DNA of 33,962 nucleotides from a virus (lineage: Duplodnaviria; Caudoviricetes): the IMG/VR virus record IMGVR_UViG_3300027566_000022, positions 1-33,962 of that record; one strand, 5' to 3'. Position 1 is the first letter of the stretch. Each line of letters opens with the position of its first letter. This document shows, piece by piece, positions 1 to 8,366 of the stretch. Made by a program: the position numbers and the translations under genes. Below the pieces are notes generated by a model. That model had not been told where the DNA came from, ran no database searches, and was given only the letters and a program-made list of their open reading frames with translations.

Positions 1-8
1 CCTAATGG

Positions 9-84
9 GCCGAGGTAGCTCAGTTGGTAGAGCAGGGGACTGAAAATCCCCGTGTCGGCAGTTCAATTCTGTCCCTCGGCACCA
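9..84 (+). tRNA. tRNA-Phe (GAA)
   Basis: Acceptor stem GCCGAGG(9-15)/CCTCGGC(74-80), D-arm GCTCAGTTGGTAGAGC, anticodon GAA at 42-44, T-loop TTCAATT, encoded CCA at 82-84; 76 nt. Confidence 0.98.
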
Positions 85-92
85 TAAATTTC

Positions 93-130
93 AAGGACTT
101 AGGCAAAAAAGCCTAAGTCCTTTTTTGTTT
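93..130 (+). terminator. Intrinsic terminator after tRNA-Phe
   Basis: 12-bp stem AAGGACTTAGGC(93-104)/GCCTAAGTCCTT(111-122), A6 loop, followed by a T run. Confidence 0.9.
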
Positions 131-453
131 TGCAGGTAAAGCTCTCCCCCACCTCTCCCCCGTCTGTAAATGACGGAGTGTGTATTTGGATGAAGCGGCA
201 TGAAGATCTTGCCTTCATCTGCCAGTATACTTCGGCATATGCTTTTGGCACAATTGCCCGAAATGGAGGCATGCTGTGGCTTGGACTAATCCACCATCCT
301 TGGAAAGATACCTTAAAATGATCCCCCATTCTGGATTTAAGGATCGGATTCGTTTGGAACCGTTGCAAATAGATTCGCTATGTCGGCTTACACCTTTAAG
401 CTTGGCGTATGCTCTTTTTTCAGTGTCAGAGGTATTGAAAGATCTGTTCCCCG

Positions 454-523
454 TGTTAAGCGACAGATAGACTTGGAGAAACAAGAGCCGGAATATACCG
501 GGATATAGAAGGATATAGTGGGA
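454..523 (+). repeat. Putative prophage left end: TG terminus plus 10-bp-phased repeats
   Basis: TGTTAAG at 454; CCGGAATATA(488-497), CCGGGATATA(498-507), GAAGGATATA(508-517), GTGGGA(518-523). Confidence 0.55.
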
Positions 524-655
524 CGGGAAAGCCGCATGGGCTATTGGTTTGGAGAGAATAGGCGCAGGCCGAAACGTGGTCAACGCCAGAATAGCAAGTG
601 ACGGTTAGATCGTAACACGCGACTGAAAATGTCAGTTAATTTTGACCAAATAGTG

Positions 656-702
656 AAAGCCCCGCATGTGCCAGAAGTGACACATGCGGGGCTTTATTTT
701 TT
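656..702. terminator. Probably bidirectional terminator downstream of the repressor gene
   Basis: 15-bp stem AAAGCCCCGCATGTG(656-670)/CACATGCGGGGCTTT(681-695) followed by ATTTTTT. Confidence 0.85.
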
Positions 703-718
703 GCACTTATGGGCGCGG

Positions 719-1387
719 CTATCTGTATTCACGCCCGACCCATAGCACCTGGCCGATCAAGCGCAGCTTATCGCCATTCTGGCCGCGCAGGTCGAGGTTT
801 ACAGGTGGGTATGCCGGATTGATAGACTTGAGAATGGCTTGCCCCGGAAGCAGGTCTATGCGCTTGAGATAGATCGCTTCCTCAAATCCTACAGCAAAAA
901 TCCTACCAGGAACCACCGTGCGCTTGGACTGATCAAGGAGCACAACGTCCCCATCCATGATTTCCGGCTCCATACTATCGCCAGAAACACGCATGAGCAC
1001 CATGTTCTTGGCACTGCCCTTACGCGCTATAAAGTCGCGCCTAAAAGCATATGAGCGTTCGCTATCCCCATCCGTTTCAAGACTTCCTGAGCCTGCTGAA
1101 AGCACTGCGTTGACCATCGGAATTTTGATTAGGTCACTGTCGTCTTCGTTGGTAGGTGCAGATTCTAGCCTTTTTATCGGGCCTTCACCAAAGAAAAGCC
1201 AATCCGTAGATACTCCAAACCTCTCAGAGACCTTTGGAATCCACGCAGCAGGGACATTACCAGCCTGACGAGCTTTTGAAACAGCTTGCGAAGACAACCC
1301 CAATATCCTGGAAAGTTCCGAGTCGTTTTTTACTCCGCAAGCCGTCAAAAGACGTTCAAGGATGGACGTGCAGGTTGTGTCTTTCAT
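719..1387 (-). CDS. cI: Phage repressor, N-terminal HTH + C-terminal S24 (LexA/CI-type) peptidase
   Basis: HTH SELSRILGLSSQAVSKA...VSTDWLFFGEG; Ala-Gly site LSAGSG; catalytic Ser VSGDSMEP and Lys YLKRI; divergent from the early operon. Confidence 0.93.
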   Translation of the reverse strand: MKDTTCTSILERLLTACGVKNDSELSRILGLSSQAVSKARQAGNVPAAWIPKVSERFGVSTDWLFFGEGPIKRLESAPTNEDDSDLIKIPMVNAVLSAGSGSLETDGDSERSYAFRRDFIARKGSAKNMVLMRVSGDSMEPEIMDGDVVLLDQSKRTVVPGRIFAVGFEEAIYLKRIDLLPGQAILKSINPAYPPVNLDLRGQNGDKLRLIGQVLWVGREYR

Positions 1388-1575
1388 TTTTTAACCTACA
1401 ACCAAACATACAACCTTAAGTTGTAATAATTTGGTAATTATTCCCGCAATGTATAAAAACTCTAAAAATTGAAACCTACAACCGTAATTTTGGTTGACTT
1501 TATAGAGAAAAAGTTGCAATTTTTATTTGCGGGTTGTTATTTCTAAACTATCTGTAAACAACATAACAGCCCGCC
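1388..1575. promoter_or_regulatory. Divergent repressor/early promoter-operator region
   Basis: AT-rich; AACCTACAACC at 1393-1403 and 1473-1483; palindromes TACAAC-N5-GTTGTA (1409-1425) and CAACC-N8-GGTTG (1479-1496); TTGACT at 1494-1499. Confidence 0.7.
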
Positions 1576-1626
1576 TTGTCAGGGGTCAACGTCCAGTATC
1601 GGACAAAGTTTGGACAGGTGGAAGAC

Positions 1627-2049
1627 ATGCAGCGCCAGATATCCCTTTTTGACGAAACGACGCGCCTTTCTGGCGTAATGGCTGCCATACGGGCCGCCAT
1701 GCGGTCGGCTGCGTCTGAGGGGGATGGACGAAAGGCATTGCCTGACAAACTGAACGCTATAGCACGGGCCAGTGGCATCAAGTTGACAAGCGGCAATGTG
1801 CGGGCTGTCAGCGAAGAGACTCTGAACAAATGGTTATCGCCATCTGACGACAGCCATCCGCCGTCCATCCATGCACTGCTGGCATACTGCCAGGCAACTG
1901 GAAACAACGAACCCTTGCGGGTTATGGCGCGCTGCCTGGGCGTGGACCTGATGACGGATGAAGACCGCCTTTTACGTGATTACGGCAAGGCTGTGCGAGA
2001 CGCCAAGGCCAGCCGAAAGCGATTGAAGAGAATTGAGGAGGATTTGTAA
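1627..2049 (+). CDS. Early phage regulatory protein (CII-like / DNA-binding, uncertain)
   Basis: First early gene; ATG 1627 preferred over TTG 1576; SEETLNKWLSPSDDSHPPS motif; TAATG coupling to the next gene. Confidence 0.7.
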   Translation: MQRQISLFDETTRLSGVMAAIRAAMRSAASEGDGRKALPDKLNAIARASGIKLTSGNVRAVSEETLNKWLSPSDDSHPPSIHALLAYCQATGNNEPLRVMARCLGVDLMTDEDRLLRDYGKAVRDAKASRKRLKRIEEDL

Positions 2050-2306
2050 TGGCCATGACCCCAAGCCAACGCGCCGCCCTGGGCGCACGACGCTGCACGC
2101 ACCGCTACCGCTTTCGCGAGAAGCTGGACGAGTGCGGCTATGACAGCACGACTCTGGCCGCAGAGCTGGGGGTTAGCCCGGTAACAATCAACCGCACTAT
2201 CAACGGCAGCCTGCACAGCCCCCGCGTGTTGAACTGGTTTCGGGATCGGGGCTTGGCTGAGCGGTTTTTGTGCGACCCGCGCAAGAGCGGAGAGGAGGCG
2301 GCGTAA
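2049..2306 (+). CDS. Ner/Cro-like HTH regulator
   Basis: 85 aa, HTH STTLAAELGVSPVTINRTING; position between repressor and transposase. Confidence 0.75.
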   Translation: MAMTPSQRAALGARRCTHRYRFREKLDECGYDSTTLAAELGVSPVTINRTINGSLHSPRVLNWFRDRGLAERFLCDPRKSGEEAA

Positions 2307-2578
2307 TGGATGCAGAAGCCAACGACCTCGCGGCAGCAAATGCATTGTGGGATTTGTCGGGAAAGGAGCTCCAATCTCTGAGCGTAATAAGAGGGGGGCA
2401 AAGTATTGGGCTGGATATGGTTGCAAGTGACCGGTTCCAAACTGCCCCCCGCGAATGCTTGCACCTGATTGTTGATCGTCTCCAAACACACGAGCAACAA
2501 ATGATGGCCGCTGTTTATCTTATGATGGCTTTTGAAGCGAAGCCAAGAACTCATGGGCAGGAATATAAAAATCCTTAG
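2306..2578 (+). CDS. Hypothetical early protein
   Basis: TAATG coupling at 2304-2308 with GAGGAGG upstream. Confidence 0.55.
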   Translation: MDAEANDLAAANALWDLSGKELQSLSVIRGGQSIGLDMVASDRFQTAPRECLHLIVDRLQTHEQQMMAAVYLMMAFEAKPRTHGQEYKNP

Positions 2579-2756
2579 CCATTTCATTCTGCCCATGTAG
2601 GGCTTCGGCGAGGGTTTCCGGCGTTACGGGTTTGCCAGCTTTCAAGAGGGCAACAGTTACTTTCCCGATTGTAATATCAAGCAGTTGTTCTCCCATGTAT
2701 TGCAAATTTTTAGACGCGCTATCGGGATCATTTTTTTTGGCAGGCTTTCTAGGCAT
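2520..2756 (-). CDS. Small antisense hypothetical protein (78 aa, MPRKPAKK...)
   Basis: ATG at 2756 with AGGAG RBS; candidate extended -10 TGcTACGCT at 2805-2797 on the minus strand. Confidence 0.65.
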   Translation of the reverse strand: MPRKPAKKNDPDSASKNLQYMGEQLLDITIGKVTVALLKAGKPVTPETLAEALHGQNEMAKDFYIPAHEFLASLQKPS

Positions 2757-2978
2757 TTCCGGCTCCTGTTGTAGGTTGAAGTGAGTGGTATCCATCAGCG
2801 TAGCAGAGGAGCCGGAACAATTAAAGCGGGCCAATCCCGCCACTACCGCGCTCGTGTAGAACCTGATTTGCCATCGAGGTCAGGCAAGGCGCAACGGCGA
2901 ATACCCACTTTAACCTCGTGGGGACGCGGTCACCCTGGACGCGGCACAAGGCCGGGGAAACAATTTTGGAGACAAGGC

Positions 2979-5117
2979 ATGAAGGACGCATACACCACGC
3001 AAGAAATTGTCGAATTGCTCGGCATTACACAGCAAGCTATTAGTAAGCGAGCTGCTTGTGAGTCCTGGCAATCACGTCCGCGCGAAGGTCGCGGCGGCGG
3101 CAACTGCTGGATCGTGGCGTCCATGCCTGAGCGCACCCGCCTTGCCATTGCGGCGCGCGCCTGCCCAGCTGCATGCAGCACCGTAAACGCTCCATCAAGC
3201 CCTGCTTCTCCTGTCTCTCCTCTTACCCTGCAAGGCGCAGCAAAAACCCGCGCCCATGCACGCGCCGCCGTAGTGCTGGCCGCACGCATGTTTACAGCCG
3301 CCAGCAAGATGGCCCGCACCCGCGCTCTGGACGAGTTTGTGGTGCGCTACAACGCGGGCGAAATCGCCGTGGAGCCAGACGTGCGCGCGGCCCTGCCAAG
3401 CTTGTGCCGCAACAGCCTTATCAACTGGGAGCGCCGCGCGCAGAATCAAGGAATGGCATCGCTGGCGGGCAATTTCGGGCAGCACCGCAAGGGCGCTGGC
3501 ATTATAGACAGCCAGCCACAGGTGCGCGAGCTGGTGTTGGGGCTGATCGCCGAATATCCCACCATCAGCGCCGAACTGATTCGCGAAGATATAGAACGCC
3601 TGGCCAGAGAGCAGTCCGGCATCCGTGTGCCGTCATTGCGCCGCATGCAGGCCTGGCTTGCAGCCTGGAAGGAACAGAACCCGCAGCTTGCCCTGTATAT
3701 GCGTGCGCCGGATAGATGGCGCGGCCAGTTTATGGCGGCCTGCGGCAGCATGTACGAGTTGATCACCCGGTACAACCAGCGGTGGGAGTATGACGGCACG
3801 CCCTCGGACATCATGCTGAACGACGGTAAACGCTACGCCATTGTGGGTGTGATTAATGTTTACAGCCGGGAGTTGCTGCTGGAAGTGGCGGAGACCTCCA
3901 CGGGACAGACTGTAAACAACCTCACACGCCGTGCCTTGCTGGATTGGGGCATAGCCGAGGAAGTTGTTACAGACAACGGCAAGGAATTTGTGGGCACTGA
4001 GGCGCAAGGGCTGTTTTTGGATCTTGGCATTATGCCCACCATCCTGCCGCCGTTTCGGCCAGACCTCAAACCTGCCATTGAACGCGTGTTCCGCAGCTTT
4101 TCGCACCATTTGCTGACCCTGTGCCCCTGCTATGTGGGCCATAACGTGGCAACCCGGCAAGAAATCCGCGAGCGGGAAACGTTTGCCAAGCGCCTGATGG
4201 ACCGCAAAGAGACGCTGGAACTTAGCATGGCCATAAGCCCCGAAGCCTTGCAGGAATTTTGCGACGACTGGTGCAAGAGCGTTTACGCGCACCGCGCCCA
4301 CAGCGGGCTGAAAGGTAAAACGCCCTGGCAGATGCGGCAGGAATACACCGGAGAGATTGCCCGTATTGAAGATGTGCGCGCCCTGGACGTGCTGCTGACG
4401 CCGCTGGCCACCAAGGGCGGCTGGCGTCCGGTGGGCAAAAAAGGCATCCGCGCCGCGAACGGGCACTATGACAACGCGGCCCTTGGTCCCTACGTTGGCC
4501 AGCAGGTGCAAGTGCGCGTGAACACGGCGGATGCCGAGCACGCCTACATATTTGACGAGCGCGGAAAATACATTTGCGAGGCGGTGCTTATGCACGGGCT
4601 GGAGAGCGACAAACGGCGCGAGATGGCCCTGGCCAAGCGGCGCACGCAAAAATCCGCCGTCAGCGCCGCAGCCAAGGAAATGCGCGAAGCCGCCCGCAAC
4701 GTGGACGCCGCAAATGCTGGGCAGCGCATCATGGACATGCACAAGGCCCGCGCCGCAGAAATCGTCGCGGCAGCCGCGCCTGCCGCGCACACGGAAACCA
4801 CGCACACCACGCCCATGCTGGACAGTGCAGCACGCGCAGCGCGCCTGCGCGAAGGTGTGCCCCCCCGTGCGCATGAGGCCGAAGTGGCCGCAGCCCGTGC
4901 CCTGGCAGTGGCGCAGCAGAGCGCCCAGGAAGAGCGCTGGTTGCCTGAAAGCCCCAAGGCCCAATACAAACTGTGCCGCCGTTTACAGGCCGCAATAGAA
5001 CGTGGGGACACGGTACCCCAGGAGCAAGCCGAATGGGCGAAAATTTTCGCAGGCAGCAATACTTATACGGGCTTTGCCATGCTTGAGCAGATGCAGCCCA
5101 TTGCCGCCAACGGATAG
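2979..5117 (+). CDS. Mu-like DDE transposase A
   Basis: ATG 2979 with GGAG RBS; N-terminal Mu-type HTH (YTTQEIVELLGITQQAISKRA...W); DDE motifs WEYDGT, VTDNGKEF, KPAIERVF; HSGLKGKTP. Confidence 0.95.
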   Translation: MKDAYTTQEIVELLGITQQAISKRAACESWQSRPREGRGGGNCWIVASMPERTRLAIAARACPAACSTVNAPSSPASPVSPLTLQGAAKTRAHARAAVVLAARMFTAASKMARTRALDEFVVRYNAGEIAVEPDVRAALPSLCRNSLINWERRAQNQGMASLAGNFGQHRKGAGIIDSQPQVRELVLGLIAEYPTISAELIREDIERLAREQSGIRVPSLRRMQAWLAAWKEQNPQLALYMRAPDRWRGQFMAACGSMYELITRYNQRWEYDGTPSDIMLNDGKRYAIVGVINVYSRELLLEVAETSTGQTVNNLTRRALLDWGIAEEVVTDNGKEFVGTEAQGLFLDLGIMPTILPPFRPDLKPAIERVFRSFSHHLLTLCPCYVGHNVATRQEIRERETFAKRLMDRKETLELSMAISPEALQEFCDDWCKSVYAHRAHSGLKGKTPWQMRQEYTGEIARIEDVRALDVLLTPLATKGGWRPVGKKGIRAANGHYDNAALGPYVGQQVQVRVNTADAEHAYIFDERGKYICEAVLMHGLESDKRREMALAKRRTQKSAVSAAAKEMREAARNVDAANAGQRIMDMHKARAAEIVAAAAPAAHTETTHTTPMLDSAARAARLREGVPPRAHEAEVAAARALAVAQQSAQEERWLPESPKAQYKLCRRLQAAIERGDTVPQEQAEWAKIFAGSNTYTGFAMLEQMQPIAANG

Positions 5118-5119
5118 CA

Positions 5120-5156
5120 ATAAAAACGGGGCGCGCCGTACCACCGAACACGCCCC
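5120..5156 (-). terminator. Antisense-oriented terminator-like hairpin between transposase and ATPase
   Basis: Minus strand reads GGGGCGTGTTCG-GTGGTA-CGGCGCGCCCC-GTTTTTAT; it folds best on the minus strand through G-U pairs. Confidence 0.45.
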
Positions 5157-5177
5157 AAAGAACTAAGTGAGGAAATT

Positions 5178-5921
5178 ATGCAGGAAGCAACCGCAACCGT
5201 CAACCTGCCCGGCAAGGCACCGCTTGCCAACGTTGGGCTTACCTTTGTCGCGCTTACTGGGGCCATCAACCGCCCCTCGCACCTACCCGGCATTGTGGTG
5301 CTGTACGGCCCCTCAGGCCTGGGCAAGAGCACAGCGGCGACCATAGCCACCGTACAGCTGCGAGCCTACTACGTGCAGGCCAAATCAAGCTGGACGCGCA
5401 AGGCCGTGTATCAGTCCATCCTCAAGAGCATGGGCGTGGACCCGGCCAAGACCATCTATGAAATGGAAGAACAGGTCACAGCGCAACTTGCGGCCAGTCG
5501 CCGCCCGCTCATCGTGGACGAATGCGACCATCTGGTTGCCAAGGGCATTATCGAAGTGGTGCGCGATATCTACGAGGGCAGCGGCGCGGCCATACTGTTG
5601 ATCGGCGAGGAGCATCTGCCCTCAAACCTTGCCCGCTGGGAGCGCATCCACAACCGTGTGCTGGAATGGGTGCCCGCTCAGTATGCTGATCTGGATGATG
5701 CCCGCGCCCTGCGTGACCTCTACTGCGCCAAGGTAAGCGTGGGCGATGATCTGCTGGAACATATCCACGCGCAAAGCAAGGGCGTGGCCCGGCGCATCTG
5801 CGTCAACCTTGAACGCGTGCAGCAGGCGGGTCTTGAGCTTGGCAAAAAGTCCATGGACTTGACCACATGGGGTAAACGCCCCCTGTACACCGGCGAGGCT
5901 CCGGTGAGGGAAGGCCGTTAG
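5178..5921 (+). CDS. Transposition protein B (AAA+ ATPase)
   Basis: Walker A GPSGLGKS, Walker B LIVDECD; follows the transposase; GAGG RBS. Confidence 0.93.
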   Translation: MQEATATVNLPGKAPLANVGLTFVALTGAINRPSHLPGIVVLYGPSGLGKSTAATIATVQLRAYYVQAKSSWTRKAVYQSILKSMGVDPAKTIYEMEEQVTAQLAASRRPLIVDECDHLVAKGIIEVVRDIYEGSGAAILLIGEEHLPSNLARWERIHNRVLEWVPAQYADLDDARALRDLYCAKVSVGDDLLEHIHAQSKGVARRICVNLERVQQAGLELGKKSMDLTTWGKRPLYTGEAPVREGR

Positions 5922-5923
5922 CT

Positions 5924-6562
5924 ATGGCAACCCGCAAAACGGCAAAACCTCGCCTCGCTCTTGTGGGCGTGCTGACCACGCGGGAAAAACTGTGGGCAGC
6001 CATGCGCGAGCTGCACACCTTTAGTGTGTCAGATTTGGCACACGCAGCAGGCGTAGACCGTCATGCGTACCGCATGGACGATTACCTTGGCAGCCTGGTG
6101 CGGGCGGGCATTTTGGGCAAGGACAAGCCAGCACGCTTTGCTGCGGCTACCTACACCCTGCTGCGCGACCTGGGCGTGGATGCCCCTCGCGTGCGCAAAG
6201 ACGGCTCCATGCTGCCGGATACTGCGCAGGAGCGTATGTGGCGGGCCATGAAGGTGCTGCGCACGTTCAGCGTGCAGGATCTGGTTGTGCATGCCTCTTT
6301 GCCAGATGACGCCATAGCCCCCAGTGCCGCAGCCGTATACTGCCAGTGGCTGGCGCGTGGAAAGTATCTGATCAGTATGACGCGGTCTGGCAATGATGTT
6401 GTCCGGTATCGATTTGTGTACGACTCCGGGGCAAAGGCCCCGCAAATCCTGCGCGTCAAGCAACTGTACGACTGCAACCTGGGCAAGGTGGTTGTTGGGG
6501 ATGATATCCAGGACTCCCTGGACGCCGCCGATGCTTCAGACGTCCGAGGGGCCGCATCATGA
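5924..6562 (+). CDS. Early protein with two tandem winged-HTH-like repeats
   Basis: Internal duplication REKLWAAMRELHTFSVSDLA / QERMWRAMKVLRTFSVQDLV. Confidence 0.75.
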   Translation: MATRKTAKPRLALVGVLTTREKLWAAMRELHTFSVSDLAHAAGVDRHAYRMDDYLGSLVRAGILGKDKPARFAAATYTLLRDLGVDAPRVRKDGSMLPDTAQERMWRAMKVLRTFSVQDLVVHASLPDDAIAPSAAAVYCQWLARGKYLISMTRSGNDVVRYRFVYDSGAKAPQILRVKQLYDCNLGKVVVGDDIQDSLDAADASDVRGAAS

Positions 6563-6948
6563 CTGCCGTAGCCAAGTCCACCAATGCAGACAAAGCCCGT
6601 GAAGCCTGGGGCGAGGTGCCTGATTGGGTGCAGCGTTTGGCCGAGGCCTGCGACACTGGCGGGCTTAACCAGACCGCCAGAAAAATCAAGATGTCCCCGG
6701 CGCTGGTGAGCCTGGTTATCCGCAAGCGGCACCACGCCACATATGCTAAAGCCGAGGCGCGCGTGCGTGAAATGCTCATGACGCCCATTATATCCTGCCC
6801 GGTGTTGGGCCTGATCAGCGCCGAGCAATGTCACTCCCAACAACAAACACCGTTTACAAGCATCAACCCCCTGGCCGTTGCCGTTTACAGAGCCTGCCGG
6901 GGAGGCTGCCGCCACTGGGCGGCAAAGGAGCACGACCATGCTGCATAA
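6559..6948 (+). CDS. HTH DNA-binding protein with Cys-rich C-terminus
   Basis: LNQTARKIKMSPALVSLVI HTH; CPVLG...C...CRGGC; ATGA overlap. Confidence 0.75.
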   Translation: MTAVAKSTNADKAREAWGEVPDWVQRLAEACDTGGLNQTARKIKMSPALVSLVIRKRHHATYAKAEARVREMLMTPIISCPVLGLISAEQCHSQQQTPFTSINPLAVAVYRACRGGCRHWAAKEHDHAA

Positions 6949-7120
6949 AAAATTGAGCCATGTGACCGAAGCCTTGCGCGATCTCGACCTTAACGCCCCG
7001 GATGCACGACAAAAGCTGGATATGGCCGTGCTCAACCTGTCGGGCATTACCGAAAGTGTGGAATGCCTTGAAGCAAACTTTGTACCCGCAGATAAGGAGG
7101 CCCCCCATGTCGCTGCATGA
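6938..7120 (+). CDS. Small hypothetical protein
   Basis: AAGGAG RBS, ATG 6938, overlaps both neighbours. Confidence 0.65.
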   Translation: MLHKKLSHVTEALRDLDLNAPDARQKLDMAVLNLSGITESVECLEANFVPADKEAPHVAA

Positions 7121-7400
7121 ACGTATCCGATCAGTCGGCATCCGACTGGGCGCGATGGCCGGGCGGGTTAACCCCGACGACTGGCGCGAAATATCCACCC
7201 TGCGCGATGAACTGGCAGCATATGCCAATGAGGCAGAATGGCTGGAAAATCTGCGCGACTCGGAGATAGCCGCAGCAACCGGTTCAGGCGACGAAGCTCC
7301 TCAGGGCGAAACAATCAGCGCCGAGGGCGAAACACAGCCGGAAGCTGCTCAACCTACAAGTAGAAGAAGAGGCGGCAGCGCCGCCCAGGAGGGTGCGTAA
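7107..7400 (+). CDS. Small hypothetical protein
   Basis: TAAGGAGG RBS, ATG 7107. Confidence 0.7.
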   Translation: MSLHERIRSVGIRLGAMAGRVNPDDWREISTLRDELAAYANEAEWLENLRDSEIAAATGSGDEAPQGETISAEGETQPEAAQPTSRRRGGSAAQEGA

Positions 7401-7403
7401 GCC

Positions 7404-8024
7404 ATGAGCCAGGCAGCAACCATTAACCCCGCCGACTACATGCGCGATGCCTGCGGCAACCTGATTGCCAAGGAAAACGTCAAGGATATTGACCTGGCAC
7501 GGACGGATCTCGTGAATGAACTGGCTGTCACAGCATTGGATCTCAGTGACAGGCTCGCCATATTCAAACGTACTGCAATGGGAGACATCGACAGCTTCGT
7601 TGAGCTTTCGGCAGAACGCTATGGCGTTAAGCTCGGCGGCAAAAAGGGAAATGTCACGCTGGACACCTTCAGCGGTCAGTTTCGTATTGAACGGCAGTTC
7701 TCCGAACACCTCACTTTTGACGAAGGTTTGCAAGCTGCAAAGGCCTTGATTGACGAATGTCTTCGGGATTGGACCCAAGGCGGCAATGCCAATGTCCGTA
7801 CACTGGTGGATCATGCCTTCCGTGTGGACAAAAAGGGCAAATTGAACACTGGGGCCATCTTGGGGTTGCGCAACCTCAAGATTGAAGATGCGCGCTGGAA
7901 AACCGCCATGACTGCCATAAGTGAGTCCATCAAGGTCGTTGGCACCTGCCAGTATGTGCGGTTCTACCGCCGTGATGAAAACGGCAAATACATCCTTATC
8001 CCGCTTGATATAGCAACGCTGTAG
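7404..8024 (+). CDS. DUF3164 family Mu-like phage protein
   Basis: YMRDACGNL, YGVKLGGKKGNVTL, LQAAKALIDECL, AFRVDKKG, YVRFY motifs. Confidence 0.88.
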   Translation: MSQAATINPADYMRDACGNLIAKENVKDIDLARTDLVNELAVTALDLSDRLAIFKRTAMGDIDSFVELSAERYGVKLGGKKGNVTLDTFSGQFRIERQFSEHLTFDEGLQAAKALIDECLRDWTQGGNANVRTLVDHAFRVDKKGKLNTGAILGLRNLKIEDARWKTAMTAISESIKVVGTCQYVRFYRRDENGKYILIPLDIATL

Positions 8025-8037
8025 CCTTGGAGGCCTT

Positions 8038-8340
8038 ATGAAGGAAGATACCATGAAGAAGGAGTCTACGGGAATAACGGATATCGCCACAGCGATTGAG
8101 AGTAGCCTTGAAAATCTGCGTACAGGGCTGAACGACTCAAAAGGGTTTGCGATTGTCTTTGTGTCCACCACTGATGACGGCACCATGCATGGTGGCAGCG
8201 TCTTTGGCAAAATCTCGAATACCGCCATAGCTACACTGTGCCTTGATGCCGTGAAAACGGCAGGCCGCGTGACCGCCAAGCGTGCCCAGTGCGACTGCCC
8301 CGATTGCCGCGCAGAACGGGCCAGCCAGACCACCCATTAA
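8038..8340 (+). CDS. Hypothetical protein with C-terminal CDCPDC motif
   Basis: GGAGG RBS; co-oriented within the operon. Confidence 0.7.
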   Translation: MKEDTMKKESTGITDIATAIESSLENLRTGLNDSKGFAIVFVSTTDDGTMHGGSVFGKISNTAIATLCLDAVKTAGRVTAKRAQCDCPDCRAERASQTTH

Positions 8341-8366
8341 TCACCAATCAACCCAAGGAGATTAGC

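Noticed and set aside
9-130. tRNA-Phe as the att site of this prophage
   Set aside because: No integrase and no duplicated tRNA 3' end in the window; the phage has a DDE transposase and its likely end is about 370 bp away
99-583. ORFs 99-368, 130-321, 215-583 and 276-470
   Set aside because: No recognisable motifs or RBS; they overlap each other, the terminator or the inferred prophage end
2781-2978. 66-aa N-terminal extension of the transposase (track start 2781)
   Set aside because: ATG 2979 has an RBS and begins the Mu-type HTH; the extension overlaps regulatory hairpins and does not look like a domain
3633-4964. 443-aa minus-strand ORF and similar long antisense ORFs (6151-7047, 7284-8333, 20226-21056, 24521-25324, 26582-27382, 29474-30220)
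   Set aside because: Shadow frames opposite well-supported GC-rich genes, with no recognisable motifs
7351-7359. Extra AACCTACAA operator-like word
   Set aside because: A 9-bp match inside a coding region with no partner half-site; plausibly chance
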